41,811 nucleotides of DNA from the IMG/VR virus record IMGVR_UViG_3300029185_000006; one strand, written 5' to 3'. Shown one piece after another: positions 1-8,547 of this stretch. The stretch comes from a virus. The notes under the pieces were generated by a model, which did no database searches, was not told where the DNA came from, and saw only the letters and a list, made by a program, of their open reading frames with translations. Position numbers and translations under genes: made by a program. Every line of letters begins with the position of its first letter. Positions within the stretch are counted from its first letter, which is position 1.

Positions 1-88
1 TCATAATCAATCTTCCTTTCAGTTTGTTCTCGGTGTTTCTTTCACCATCAGAATTTTGAATTTTCGGCTTTTCTCGACTTCCGACAGG
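1..88. repeat. Left copy of the 88-bp direct terminal repeat (circular-closure overlap or true terminal redundancy)
   Basis: Bases 1-88 (tcataatcaatcttcc...cttccgacagg) are identical to 41724-41811. The repeat contains the RBS and ATG of the scaffold gene. Confidence 0.95.
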
Positions 89-92
89 TCAA

Positions 93-128
93 TATAAAAA
101 GAAGCCGACACAATTAAGTGTCAGCTTC
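93..128 (-). terminator. Intrinsic terminator, second of a tandem pair after the MuF operon
   Basis: 11-bp stem gaagctgacac/gtgtcggcttc. Its single imperfect pair is a G-U wobble only in the minus-strand RNA. Loop 6 nt, then TTTTTAT on the minus strand. Confidence 0.6.
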
Positions 129-145
129 CGATTACTGATTTTGGG

Positions 146-180
146 CATAAAAATAGCACCTTACAAAAATGTAAAGTGCT
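146..180 (-). terminator. Intrinsic terminator, first of a tandem pair after the MuF operon
   Basis: 9-bp stem agcacttta/taaggtgct (G-U wobble only on the minus strand), followed by ATTTTTAT. Confidence 0.6.
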
Positions 181-189
181 TTAATTACT

Positions 190-342
190 TCATTTATTCA
201 TATTCTCTAAGAATTCCGATATGCCTTTTCTTTGTTTTTCAGCCTCTTGTGGCGTTATTTTTTTCTCAGTTTCGCTTATTATTTTTTGGGGGTTAAACTT
301 GTCATCAAATACATATTCACCCTTTGACGATTTCAAATCCAT
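190..342 (-). CDS. Small 50-aa ORF overlapping the 3' end of the MuF gene (possible partner or immunity-type protein)
   Basis: ATG at 342 preceded by GAAGGTGA with 5-nt spacing. Translates MDLKSSKGEYVFDDKFNPQKIISETEKKITPQEAEKQRKGISEFLENMNK. Below the ORF-track length cutoff. Followed by two terminators. Confidence 0.35.
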   Translation of the reverse strand: MDLKSSKGEYVFDDKFNPQKIISETEKKITPQEAEKQRKGISEFLENMNK

Positions 343-1984
343 ATTTTTCACCTTCATTTAATAATTCATTTGAAAAATCATTAATCAAGTTATAATCTTT
401 CTCAACATCCAAATTAGGATTATTTGAGAAAAATTCTTCGATTTTTATATTTATATAATCTCTATATTCATCTACTTTACAATAAGGTGTCTTAATAATA
501 ATGCTATTATTTTGCCCACTATTTCCAATAGATTCTAAGCCGTACATATAATGTCGTTTACAAAATCCAACCAAATCACCCGGACTTAGACAACCATTAT
601 CGGGATGATTATGTATAGCATAATAAAAACTATCTATATCATCTATATAGGTCTTACCATCTCCACCCAAACGAATTTTATTTACTGATGAATTTTCCAA
701 ATCGATTATTACCGAACCCTCAATACCAACAGGCTGTTTTTGTACCTCTTTGAGTAATTCTTTTCTTTGTTCATAAATTATTTGGTTTGTTACATCAGAT
801 AAATCAGGAATTTTAATGTCACTAACATTATTTATAGATTCGTCAGTTATAGGATGAATAAGGTCTGATATTGCTTTGAATATAGTTATTTTATCATTTT
901 TCTTATTTCTTTTCAATAGTCCTTTAGACTTTTGAACTATAAACTGCTTTTCCCAATCTCTGTAATTCATATCAGCAGGAACATAGTAAGTTTTGTCGTC
1001 CTCGTTCCTTGCGGCTCTCATTGAGCCGTTATTGAAAAGGTCGGAGTATTCGTCATCAAAGTACGGCACGGTCACGCTCCTGCACCTCGGATGAAGCGGC
1101 GGAGCTGTTGCGCCCGGCATATATTCACTCATAGGGAAATGCTTACCGTCCATTGAGCGACACATCTGCGTAGTTCTCTTATCAAGCGTTGCAAGAAATT
1201 CATACTGTTTAATGCCCATACTTTTAAACGAATCGTGAGTCGCCAAAGAATGAAAATATGCTTGTTCTGTCATCACAAGATTAGCTGCCTGACTTTTTGA
1301 TACATTAAACTTATCTGATATTGCCTTAATGGCTGAATCGGGCTTATTGCCGAGTAGGACAGTCCTTGTAAGCTGATTATGTAACTCATTGACAAGCTGA
1401 GCCTTTGACTGCCATATTCTGTCTGAAAAGTTTTTACCGTCAGCTGCCCAAGGCTTAGTTATAATCTTTTCAAGTGCCTTCTCGTCAACAGTGGCTATCT
1501 CTCTGCCCATATTAAAGCCTTTTTGCATTTCAAATATCGAATGATAATAAGAATTTGAATAAACTTTTCTTGCCATACTGTCTACGGCATCAAGTTCATT
1601 GCCAAATGCCTTTTCAACAGCTTGCTGTGTTCGTATTTTTAAGGCTTCAAGCTTGTTGATATGATACTTAGCCGAAGCATTTTCAAGCTGTTTAACCCAT
1701 TGATGATTTATAGCGTTTTCTTTGCCGTATTTAATGTATTCGTTTACATCCCACTTGAACTCTGCCAATTCATCAGCCGTTAAAAGTTTCTTAGCCTCTT
1801 GCAATGTTACATTACTATTAACGGCAATTCTACCGTACCAAGCATCAATATCCTTTTGTATTTCCATTTGCGCCTGTGTGAATGCAGGCTCAATTTGAGC
1901 GTATGTACTTAATGAATACAAATGCGCCGACTTTTCAAGCTGCTCGTATCTTTCTTGCCAATACTCTCGGTTTTTCTTCGGCAT
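317..1984 (-). CDS. Head morphogenesis / minor capsid protein (Mu F / SPP1 gp7 family) with an extra C-terminal domain of about 245 aa
   Basis: The first ~310 aa end in the MuF core DKRTTQMCRSMDG...PPLHPRCRSVTVPY. TAATG overlap with the portal stop. The C-terminal part carries AIHNHPDNGCLSPGDL. Confidence 0.85.
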   Translation of the reverse strand: MPKKNREYWQERYEQLEKSAHLYSLSTYAQIEPAFTQAQMEIQKDIDAWYGRIAVNSNVTLQEAKKLLTADELAEFKWDVNEYIKYGKENAINHQWVKQLENASAKYHINKLEALKIRTQQAVEKAFGNELDAVDSMARKVYSNSYYHSIFEMQKGFNMGREIATVDEKALEKIITKPWAADGKNFSDRIWQSKAQLVNELHNQLTRTVLLGNKPDSAIKAISDKFNVSKSQAANLVMTEQAYFHSLATHDSFKSMGIKQYEFLATLDKRTTQMCRSMDGKHFPMSEYMPGATAPPLHPRCRSVTVPYFDDEYSDLFNNGSMRAARNEDDKTYYVPADMNYRDWEKQFIVQKSKGLLKRNKKNDKITIFKAISDLIHPITDESINNVSDIKIPDLSDVTNQIIYEQRKELLKEVQKQPVGIEGSVIIDLENSSVNKIRLGGDGKTYIDDIDSFYYAIHNHPDNGCLSPGDLVGFCKRHYMYGLESIGNSGQNNSIIIKTPYCKVDEYRDYINIKIEEFFSNNPNLDVEKDYNLINDFSNELLNEGEKYGFEIVKG

Positions 1985-3489
1985 TATTCATCACCGTCGC
2001 TATTATCATTTGTGTTGTCATCTTGATTGTCATTAAAGGCATTGCTATACTGCTCAATATTCTTTTGCTTTTCCTCTTCAATGCGTTCAAGCTCTTTTTG
2101 AGGGTCATCCACCCACGGATGCTTAGCAATAATTGTTTCGTCCGAAATAACGCCCTGTGACTTCTGACAATTCTCAATAATAATACTTTCGTTAATCATC
2201 ACATTTCTGTTAAAAATAAAATCGACGGTTTCATTGCTGAAATCGCCTACATTAGTATTATATAAATGTGCATTTATAAACCAAAGCATTTCCTCTAAAG
2301 CAGCTTGTAGCTGAATTTCAGTACCGTTAGCATCAAGGTCAATATCCGAATACATTGACTGAATGTTAAGTTCGTTAGCATTACCGCCGAGCCTATCGTC
2401 CTTAGCATCATAGCCCATAGCATTCTCAATCAAGGCTTTTTTGAGTATATCCAAGATTGCTTTATAGTTTTCGGCTTTCACTTCAATTTGAAGTGTACGA
2501 ACATCACCGCCGCCACCATCAGCAGTATTAACCTTAACAGCGCCGTAGGTTGCAAGGTTGCGCCTAAATTCGCCGAGGTCTGTTCCGTCATAATTAACAA
2601 GAACAAGAATAGTATTTCGAACATCTTCTTCCATTGCATTTTGAAAATTAGATTCGATAGTATTAATCGCATCCTGCAATGATTTTGTTCTTCTTATCAG
2701 TGGTGTTTCCTCAGCGTTGAATTTAAACGGAATAAAAGGTATTTTCAACCAATTATATTCGGTTGTTACGCCGTCACAGTCAGTCATAGCAAAATAATTT
2801 GAATGGAAAGGCGCAACAGGTATAAGACTGCCGCCGTCCGTTAATTCAAAGTATGTTATACCGCCCTCATCACATACCTCAACCCTTTCTATTACCTTAT
2901 CCTCGCTTGAATTTTTCTCATAAACCACTACAGGATAAATATGTATCATATAGTCAAGCTCGGTATGCTCGGCATCTTTCCAACCGGGTATAAGTTCATA
3001 CGGCTTAATTCGCTTAAAATAAAGCTCGCCAAATTGATTATGGCAAGGAAAAAGCCACCCAATACCGCAGTTAATTAAATCCTTACCGCAGTTTATAAGC
3101 GTTCTGCAAAACTTTGCGTTAAAATATTGCTGTTGCAGAAGCTTGATATATTCTTCATTATCGCCTTGAACAGTAATAGGATTGCCTAAGAGAAAATTAT
3201 TCTTTTGGTCTACCATTTTTTGATACTGATTATCAACTATTCGATTATTAGGCAGATTATCCACACTTTCAAGCTTACCGCCATCACCTATCGCCGTTCT
3301 TTTCCTACGCAAAATATCTTGTTTGCCTTTGTAGTAATTTTCGCCACAATACATTTCGTGGCGCTTAATTGATATTTTAAATCTGCGTATTTCCCTTTCA
3401 ATAAACTGCTTATCGGTTAACTGTTCTGTTGCATTCTCTCTAATCAGTCTATCGTAAGCATCTTCATTTGCTATGAAATTAAATAACAT
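1984..3489 (-). CDS. Portal protein (SPP1 gp6-like)
   Basis: About 500 aa, located between TerL and MuF. The N-terminus resembles SPP1-type portals; acidic C-terminal tail. Start moved to ATG 3489 behind GGGGTGA. Confidence 0.9.
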   Translation of the reverse strand: MLFNFIANEDAYDRLIRENATEQLTDKQFIEREIRRFKISIKRHEMYCGENYYKGKQDILRRKRTAIGDGGKLESVDNLPNNRIVDNQYQKMVDQKNNFLLGNPITVQGDNEEYIKLLQQQYFNAKFCRTLINCGKDLINCGIGWLFPCHNQFGELYFKRIKPYELIPGWKDAEHTELDYMIHIYPVVVYEKNSSEDKVIERVEVCDEGGITYFELTDGGSLIPVAPFHSNYFAMTDCDGVTTEYNWLKIPFIPFKFNAEETPLIRRTKSLQDAINTIESNFQNAMEEDVRNTILVLVNYDGTDLGEFRRNLATYGAVKVNTADGGGGDVRTLQIEVKAENYKAILDILKKALIENAMGYDAKDDRLGGNANELNIQSMYSDIDLDANGTEIQLQAALEEMLWFINAHLYNTNVGDFSNETVDFIFNRNVMINESIIIENCQKSQGVISDETIIAKHPWVDDPQKELERIEEEKQKNIEQYSNAFNDNQDDNTNDNSDGDE

Positions 3490-3537
3490 ATATTTTATCA
3501 CCCCAAACAAAAAGAGCAAAGGCGCTAACCTCTGCTC

Positions 3538-4971
3538 TTAATCAAAACTAAAATTACTTTTTGCATTGCATTTTTCTGCAACACCTGTTATAGCATCCTG
3601 TGCATCATCGTGAGCGTTTTTACCCTCTCGTTGATACCTTACCATTGAATCGTAAAAATCAGGAAATCTGTCTTTCCAATTAGCCGGAAAGTAAATATGT
3701 TCCATTACCCAAGTGCTGTTTGATAATATTCTCGCATTTTTATTTTGCGACTGATGAAAAGGTCGGATATTACAATAATTACTATGGTATTTTTCTTCAA
3801 TTATCCTTTTTACACTTCGAGCAAATCCCCTGCCACCGTTATTACTTTCAATATCGGCATTTCTGACCTTATTATCAATAAGTATTTTTGCCGTCGCCGG
3901 CTCGGTTATTTCCATACCGTCCTTAGTATATAAAATATCAAGGATATATGCTTCTTTGTTGTAGACACCGTAACATATACTGCATAGGTAGTCACTACCC
4001 TCATCAGCTGTATCGGTATAGTTTCGTATATCCGTAAACAATGGCTTGCCTGTGCCGTCAAGTGGCAGTTTATCGTAAGTTTTAAAGTTACTGTATAATC
4101 TGCCTTTAATATCGATAGGCTCTTGCTGATAGTTAGCTGATGCAATGTCAGCACCCATTGCTTTTATCTTATTTTCATATGATTTAAGCGACAACACCTC
4201 AGGACAGAGCATTGTGCCGTCATCCTGTTTCGCCTTATATGATATATGTCTTACCTTAACACCGATATTTTGGTAATGTTCTAAGGCTCTGCCTGCAAGG
4301 TCAAGACTGTGCCACCTTGTCATTACAATAATGATTTTGCCGTGTTCTTCAAGTCTTGAAAGCATTGTATTAGTAAACCATTGCCAATGTTTTTCAAGCA
4401 CATCTGCGTTATATGCTTCCATAGATGATTTAATTAAGTCATCTATAATCATGATTGATGCGCCGAAGCCTGTCGCTGTACCTGTCGGCGAAGTCGCAAG
4501 ATAGTTGTTATATCCGTTTTCAAGCGACCACATATTCATAGCACCGTCGCCTTTTTTGATTTTTACATTAGGAAATATATCGGAATAAACGATTTTTGTG
4601 TCATCGCCTTTTTCCTCGGCTATCGTATCTCTTACATTTTTAGAAAAGTTTGTTGAAAGCGTTTCGTTATATGAGCCTGTCATTATTTTTTCGCTTTGAT
4701 TTTGACCGAGCACCCACTCAACAAAACAACCTATCGTTCTTGACTTGCCGTGACGAGGCGGCATATTAACTATAAACACCTCATCATCGGAATTATAAAA
4801 ATCTTGAAGTTGATTGCAGAAGTCAACAAGGAATAACCGATTTGGCTTATAAAAGTCACTTGCTTTTTGATTGCAATATGCAAAGAATGATTTTCTTGCA
4901 TTTCGTATTTTCAGTTCATTTTTGAGCTTTAAAAGTTCTTCAAGTGAATTTAACTTTTCTTCATTATTCAT
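3538..4971 (-). CDS. terL: Terminase large subunit
   Basis: Walker A-like PPRHGKSRT, Walker B-like IMIIDDLIK and a C-terminal nuclease region. ATG 4971 overlaps the TerS stop. The ORF-track start 5025 has no RBS, so the start is uncertain. Confidence 0.9.
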   Translation of the reverse strand: MNNEEKLNSLEELLKLKNELKIRNARKSFFAYCNQKASDFYKPNRLFLVDFCNQLQDFYNSDDEVFIVNMPPRHGKSRTIGCFVEWVLGQNQSEKIMTGSYNETLSTNFSKNVRDTIAEEKGDDTKIVYSDIFPNVKIKKGDGAMNMWSLENGYNNYLATSPTGTATGFGASIMIIDDLIKSSMEAYNADVLEKHWQWFTNTMLSRLEEHGKIIIVMTRWHSLDLAGRALEHYQNIGVKVRHISYKAKQDDGTMLCPEVLSLKSYENKIKAMGADIASANYQQEPIDIKGRLYSNFKTYDKLPLDGTGKPLFTDIRNYTDTADEGSDYLCSICYGVYNKEAYILDILYTKDGMEITEPATAKILIDNKVRNADIESNNGGRGFARSVKRIIEEKYHSNYCNIRPFHQSQNKNARILSNSTWVMEHIYFPANWKDRFPDFYDSMVRYQREGKNAHDDAQDAITGVAEKCNAKSNFSFD

Positions 4972-5464
4972 TTGTAATGCCGAGTTCTTTCTCAATGCTT
5001 GCAATCTTTTTTTCAAGTTCTTCATCCGTCATTTCTGCAACGGTATTAACTTTTCCGTTTAAAGTAACATCCTTTCTGTCACTCCATGCATCAGGCTTAC
5101 GGTTTTTAAGCCAAAAGATTTGGGCGGTTGTATCAGGTGGTACATATCGTTCGGTTTTCTTTACCGGCATAAGTTCATACTCGCCTGTATCAGCATTTTT
5201 CACTCGCTCATATATAATATCAACTACCCTAAAACCTAATGCCTTTTTAAACAAAGCATTTTCAACTTGAATGTCGGCGACCTCCTTATTAACTTTTAAG
5301 GAGTAGGAAATGTCGGGGAATTTCTTTTTCCATTGTATCAAAGTATCTCTACATATTCCCATATTATGAGCGATTTGTTCATCGGTCAAACCGTTTCTTG
5401 CCCATCCACCGATTTGGAGCAAGCCCTCATCGGTCAGCCAATATTCATATTTACCTTTTGCCAT
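4964..5464 (-). CDS. terS: Terminase small subunit (HTH-containing)
   Basis: 166 aa directly upstream of TerL. HTH-like GLTDEQIAHNMGICRDTLIQW. RBS AAAGGAG. Confidence 0.75.
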   Translation of the reverse strand: MAKGKYEYWLTDEGLLQIGGWARNGLTDEQIAHNMGICRDTLIQWKKKFPDISYSLKVNKEVADIQVENALFKKALGFRVVDIIYERVKNADTGEYELMPVKKTERYVPPDTTAQIFWLKNRKPDAWSDRKDVTLNGKVNTVAEMTDEELEKKIASIEKELGITNE

Positions 5465-5627
5465 AAAGCTTACTCCTTTTGCTTATTCTATAGTCAAAGC
5501 CAAGCCGTCCACAATAATCACAACTTGTTTTACATTTTGTCTTAATGCTTTTCAGCTTATAGCCTGCACTTTCATAATTTTGCTTACACTTATAGCAAAG
5601 CGTTCTTACATTTTCATCCTTTCCCAT
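5451..5627 (-). CDS. Possible 58-aa zinc-ribbon protein upstream of terS
   Basis: Translates MGKDENVRTLCYKCKQNYESAGYKLKSIKTKCKTSCDYCGRLGFDYRISKRSKLYGKR with CxxC...CxxC. Weak RBS (GAGTGA). Overlaps the terS start. Confidence 0.35.
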   Translation of the reverse strand: MGKDENVRTLCYKCKQNYESAGYKLKSIKTKCKTSCDYCGRLGFDYRISKRSKLYGKR

Positions 5628-5640
5628 TTAATCACTCGCA

Positions 5641-5677
5641 TAAAAATAAGCAGTGAGTATATTTCAACTCACTGCTT
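5641..5677 (-). terminator. Intrinsic terminator between the late regulator gene and the packaging genes
   Basis: Perfect 11-bp stem aagcagtgagt/actcactgctt with an 8-nt loop, followed by ATTTTTAT on the minus strand. Confidence 0.75.
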
Positions 5678-5706
5678 CAAGGGGATTTATATAATTTTAT
5701 AAGTAT

Positions 5707-5715
5707 ATAATATCA
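5707..5715 (-). promoter_or_regulatory. Extended -10 element TGaTATTAT without a good -35 (candidate activator-dependent late promoter)
   Basis: Minus strand reads tgTGaTATTAT just after the ArpU-like stop. The nearest -35-like TTGAAC is only 13 nt away. Confidence 0.4.
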
Positions 5716-5756
5716 CAAAGCTATCGTTCAATTCTATTCTTTTTGTTCGGATTTTG

Positions 5757-6134
5757 CTATTTTCCAAAATATTTTTTCAGTCTTTCGTAAATAGTAGATT
5801 TTGAATAATTAAGAATTTTAGCAGTTTCGTCATAGCTTTTGCCAAAACAACAATGTTGAATAACAATAGCCTTTACCACCTCATTATCAATACTGTTTAT
5901 GTAATCGTTTAGGGCTTTCAGCTTTTCACACAGCCGTTTATATTCGTCTTTAATAAACTGATTGATTTCGAGCATTTCAAACGCAGTATCGGCTGTGCTG
6001 TCGGCTATATTAAAGTTTTGAACATTGCTCTTAGTTGTATCAACGCCTTTAATGAATGAGGGTATATACTCATGGCGAAACGATTGTATTTGATTAGCTA
6101 TAACCGAATACTCTTCAAGTTCTTTAAGTGTCAT
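5757..6134 (-). CDS. Late transcriptional regulator, ArpU/RinA or sigma-70 region-4-like
   Basis: 125 aa. C-terminal HTH SYDETAKILNYSKSTIYERLKKY. Located immediately upstream of the terminase genes. RBS AGGAGG. Confidence 0.55.
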   Translation of the reverse strand: MTLKELEEYSVIANQIQSFRHEYIPSFIKGVDTTKSNVQNFNIADSTADTAFEMLEINQFIKDEYKRLCEKLKALNDYINSIDNEVVKAIVIQHCCFGKSYDETAKILNYSKSTIYERLKKYFGK

Positions 6135-6355
6135 TGCTTACCTCCTGTCGATTGTCTGACAGTTTCGTTTCTTATAAATTGTTGAAGTTCTCTAAAACAA
6201 CGCTCACACATATCAAGCCTTGTCCATTTGGGTGGGTCAGGCTCAAAAAATTGAGTAAGATAGTTATTACGGCGTTCGAATTTATATCTTTTCCTTGCAT
6301 TCGTAATGTCTTTATGACATACATCACATTCAATTTCAATTATTTTTCGTTTCAT
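6131..6355 (-). CDS. Hypothetical zinc-ribbon protein
   Basis: 74 aa with CDVC...CERC. ATGA overlap with the next gene. RBS GAGGT. Confidence 0.6.
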   Translation of the reverse strand: MKRKIIEIECDVCHKDITNARKRYKFERRNNYLTQFFEPDPPKWTRLDMCERCFRELQQFIRNETVRQSTGGKQ

Positions 6356-6419
6356 TCTTCTACCTCACTTTTAAGCCAATTTGCGAATCCTAATCTACGA
6401 TATGTACAATAACAATCAG

Positions 6420-6767
6420 TCATAATAAACACCCTACCTCTTTAAACGCTTTGTATATTTTCGGTATTTGTATAGCAAGCCAATCAACCATTTCTTCATT
6501 CATTGCCCATTGCTCAACATCATTTGAATTAACCCACAAACCACTTTCGTAAAAAAATGCGTGTATTATTTCGTGCCTTGTGACTTTATGCTGATAAGAT
6601 GTAAGGTCCTTTATATTTCCATCGCAATCTTTAATTGTGCCTACATCTAATATTACAAGCTTCTTGATTGATGTATCTGTGTAACCGTCTACTTGCCTTA
6701 ATCTCGGATAATCTTCTTCATTTCCGATTATAATTTCGTAATCAGTTCCTAATATATTTACTTTCAT
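6420..6767 (-). CDS. Small HExxH zinc-metallopeptidase-like protein
   Basis: 115 aa containing TRHEIIHAFFYESG (HExxH). RBS GGAGGTGA. Confidence 0.6.
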   Translation of the reverse strand: MKVNILGTDYEIIIGNEEDYPRLRQVDGYTDTSIKKLVILDVGTIKDCDGNIKDLTSYQHKVTRHEIIHAFFYESGLWVNSNDVEQWAMNEEMVDWLAIQIPKIYKAFKEVGCLL

Positions 6768-7588
6768 TCTTTCACCTCCTCAAATTTTAACTGTTCAGGG
6801 TTTAAATTTGCAGTACACATTATATTCAAAGATTTTTCCGAGTTTTCCTTATAGAATTTTTGAATATAATATTTTTCTCGTTCCAAAATGTTTTCAGTTT
6901 TTGGAACAATTTCTATAACCTCAAACTTGTAATCTGTAATATTCTCGATAGGGAATCTTTCCGTTTTCAAGTGCTGACCCCAACGAAAAACAGGTGCATA
7001 CATTGTTTGCCCGATATAAAATTCGCCTGTTGACTTCTTCGAGATTTTATAGATATAGCCGGATATATCCTCTGTAAACATATCTCTTTGAATATAAAAT
7101 TCTTGTTCATCATCGGGGCGTAATTTTGCGTGTTCTCGCTCCTCATATACTTGTTTACATTTGTGACAGCAAAAACGCTTTTTTGCATATTCTTCTATAC
7201 CATAAAATCTATTTCTTACTTCATAGTCAGAGAAATATATTGCACTACCATAGTAAGTTTCTACGGTTGCACCGCAACAATCACAAGTGAAAGTAACCTT
7301 GTTAAAATACCGCTCTGTATTGTAACAATGCTCGCCGATGATAATGCAGTACAAATCTCCTGCTTTTAATTTTTTTGAGTAACGAAAAGCAATCGCTTGT
7401 CCATACTGTTCTTTAATTATTTCTTTGAATTGCTCCCGGCTGTCACAAATTAGGCAGTCCATAAGGATTTCAGTATTTTCCGCTTTACTTGTTGAAGAAA
7501 ACAAACCAAAGCCTAAATCTTTTTCACGATTTTTTGTAGCTGTTTCTTCATCAGCAACCTCATAAATTCTGTAAATCACTTCAAGCAT
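6764..7588 (-). CDS. GIY-YIG nuclease-domain protein with an N-terminal Cys-rich region
   Basis: C-terminal GYIYKISKKSTGEFYIGQT...RWGQH...EKYYI matches GIY-YIG. The central part has CDCCG...CCHKC. Confidence 0.7.
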   Translation of the reverse strand: MLEVIYRIYEVADEETATKNREKDLGFGLFSSTSKAENTEILMDCLICDSREQFKEIIKEQYGQAIAFRYSKKLKAGDLYCIIIGEHCYNTERYFNKVTFTCDCCGATVETYYGSAIYFSDYEVRNRFYGIEEYAKKRFCCHKCKQVYEEREHAKLRPDDEQEFYIQRDMFTEDISGYIYKISKKSTGEFYIGQTMYAPVFRWGQHLKTERFPIENITDYKFEVIEIVPKTENILEREKYYIQKFYKENSEKSLNIMCTANLNPEQLKFEEVKE

Positions 7589-7973
7589 CGTTAGTTACCT
7601 CAACAAGTATGTATTTTCCGTCTTTTGTTTTGTAAGGCTTTGCCTTAAAATCTCTCGATATGCAATCAACAACACCAAAAAAAGGACACTTAACCTCATC
7701 TTTACGGCAAAAGGTGTGTATTTCTTTCCATTTGCTACAAATATCGCCATAAGTAATTGCCCTAAACTTATGCTTATGCTTTTTCTTTATTCTTTTCTTG
7801 TTTTGCTCCGCATACCTTAATTTAATAAATTCTTCAACTTTATCAAAATTTCCTTGTATTAACTGATTTTCTAACCATTCACAACTATAACTTGGAATAC
7901 CCATTCCATTAAACGAAAATTGCAAATTTTCCGCAATCAATTTTACAAAATATCTTGCTAATACTTTATCCAT
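7581..7973 (-). CDS. Hypothetical early protein
   Basis: 130-aa ORF with an RBS and a basic KKRIKKKHKHK tract. Translationally coupled to the downstream gene. Confidence 0.6.
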   Translation of the reverse strand: MDKVLARYFVKLIAENLQFSFNGMGIPSYSCEWLENQLIQGNFDKVEEFIKLRYAEQNKKRIKKKHKHKFRAITYGDICSKWKEIHTFCRKDEVKCPFFGVVDCISRDFKAKPYKTKDGKYILVEVTNDA

Positions 7974-7980
7974 TTTTCAT

Positions 7981-8292
7981 TCACTTCCCTATCGTTAGTA
8001 ATTTGTTTATAACAGCAGTAGAAATATAGCAATCATTTTCTCTTAATATTTCAAGTAACTCCTGTTTGCATTTATTCACACCGTCCTCAAAGCCCTTATC
8101 ATACTGCTGTCTATCGTATTTTAATGCTTTGATTAACTCGTCTTTATCAACATAAATTCCATACTTATGAACAACTTTAAGTGTTTCATATTGTAATTGA
8201 CTTTCAATCGACGATATTTGTTCTTGAACAATCTGTATCGGACTTTTATAAAGCATATCTACTCTGTGTGTTTCAAACTCAAATTCAGTCAT
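7981..8292 (-). CDS. Hypothetical early protein
   Basis: 103-aa ORF. RBS GGGAGG. No recognised motif. Confidence 0.6.
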   Translation of the reverse strand: MTEFEFETHRVDMLYKSPIQIVQEQISSIESQLQYETLKVVHKYGIYVDKDELIKALKYDRQQYDKGFEDGVNKCKQELLEILRENDCYISTAVINKLLTIGK

Positions 8293-8542
8293 TTTTTACC
8301 TCCCTGATTCCAAAAACCACATATCCGTCTTTAAGACCCCAACCGTTAAGAACATAAGTTATTTCATATACTTTGTCGGTTATAGGGTGTTTTACAAATG
8401 GGTTGCTTGGCTCATAAGGCTGAAAAACAACCCTGTCGCCTTTTTGATAACCTCGGTCATTTTCTCGAATTTCAAAAGTTTTATCTCCTGATAAAACATC
8501 ATCACAGAAATTCAAAAGAAGTTTGATTTTATGTGTTTTCAT
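8285..8542 (-). CDS. ASCH/DUF3850-like (PUA-fold) protein
   Basis: KIKLLLNFCDDVLSGDKTFEIRENDRGYQKGD resembles DUF3850/ASCH. Start moved to ATG 8542 behind GAGGTGAG. Confidence 0.55.
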   Translation of the reverse strand: MKTHKIKLLLNFCDDVLSGDKTFEIRENDRGYQKGDRVVFQPYEPSNPFVKHPITDKVYEITYVLNGWGLKDGYVVFGIREVKND

Positions 8543-8547
8543 TTTTC

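Noticed and set aside
4972-5025. Longer TerL N-terminus starting at 5025.
   Set aside because: There is no RBS upstream of 5025 and it would overlap terS by 62 nt. ATG 4971 gives the common short overlap with the terS stop. This remains uncertain because neither start has a strong SD.
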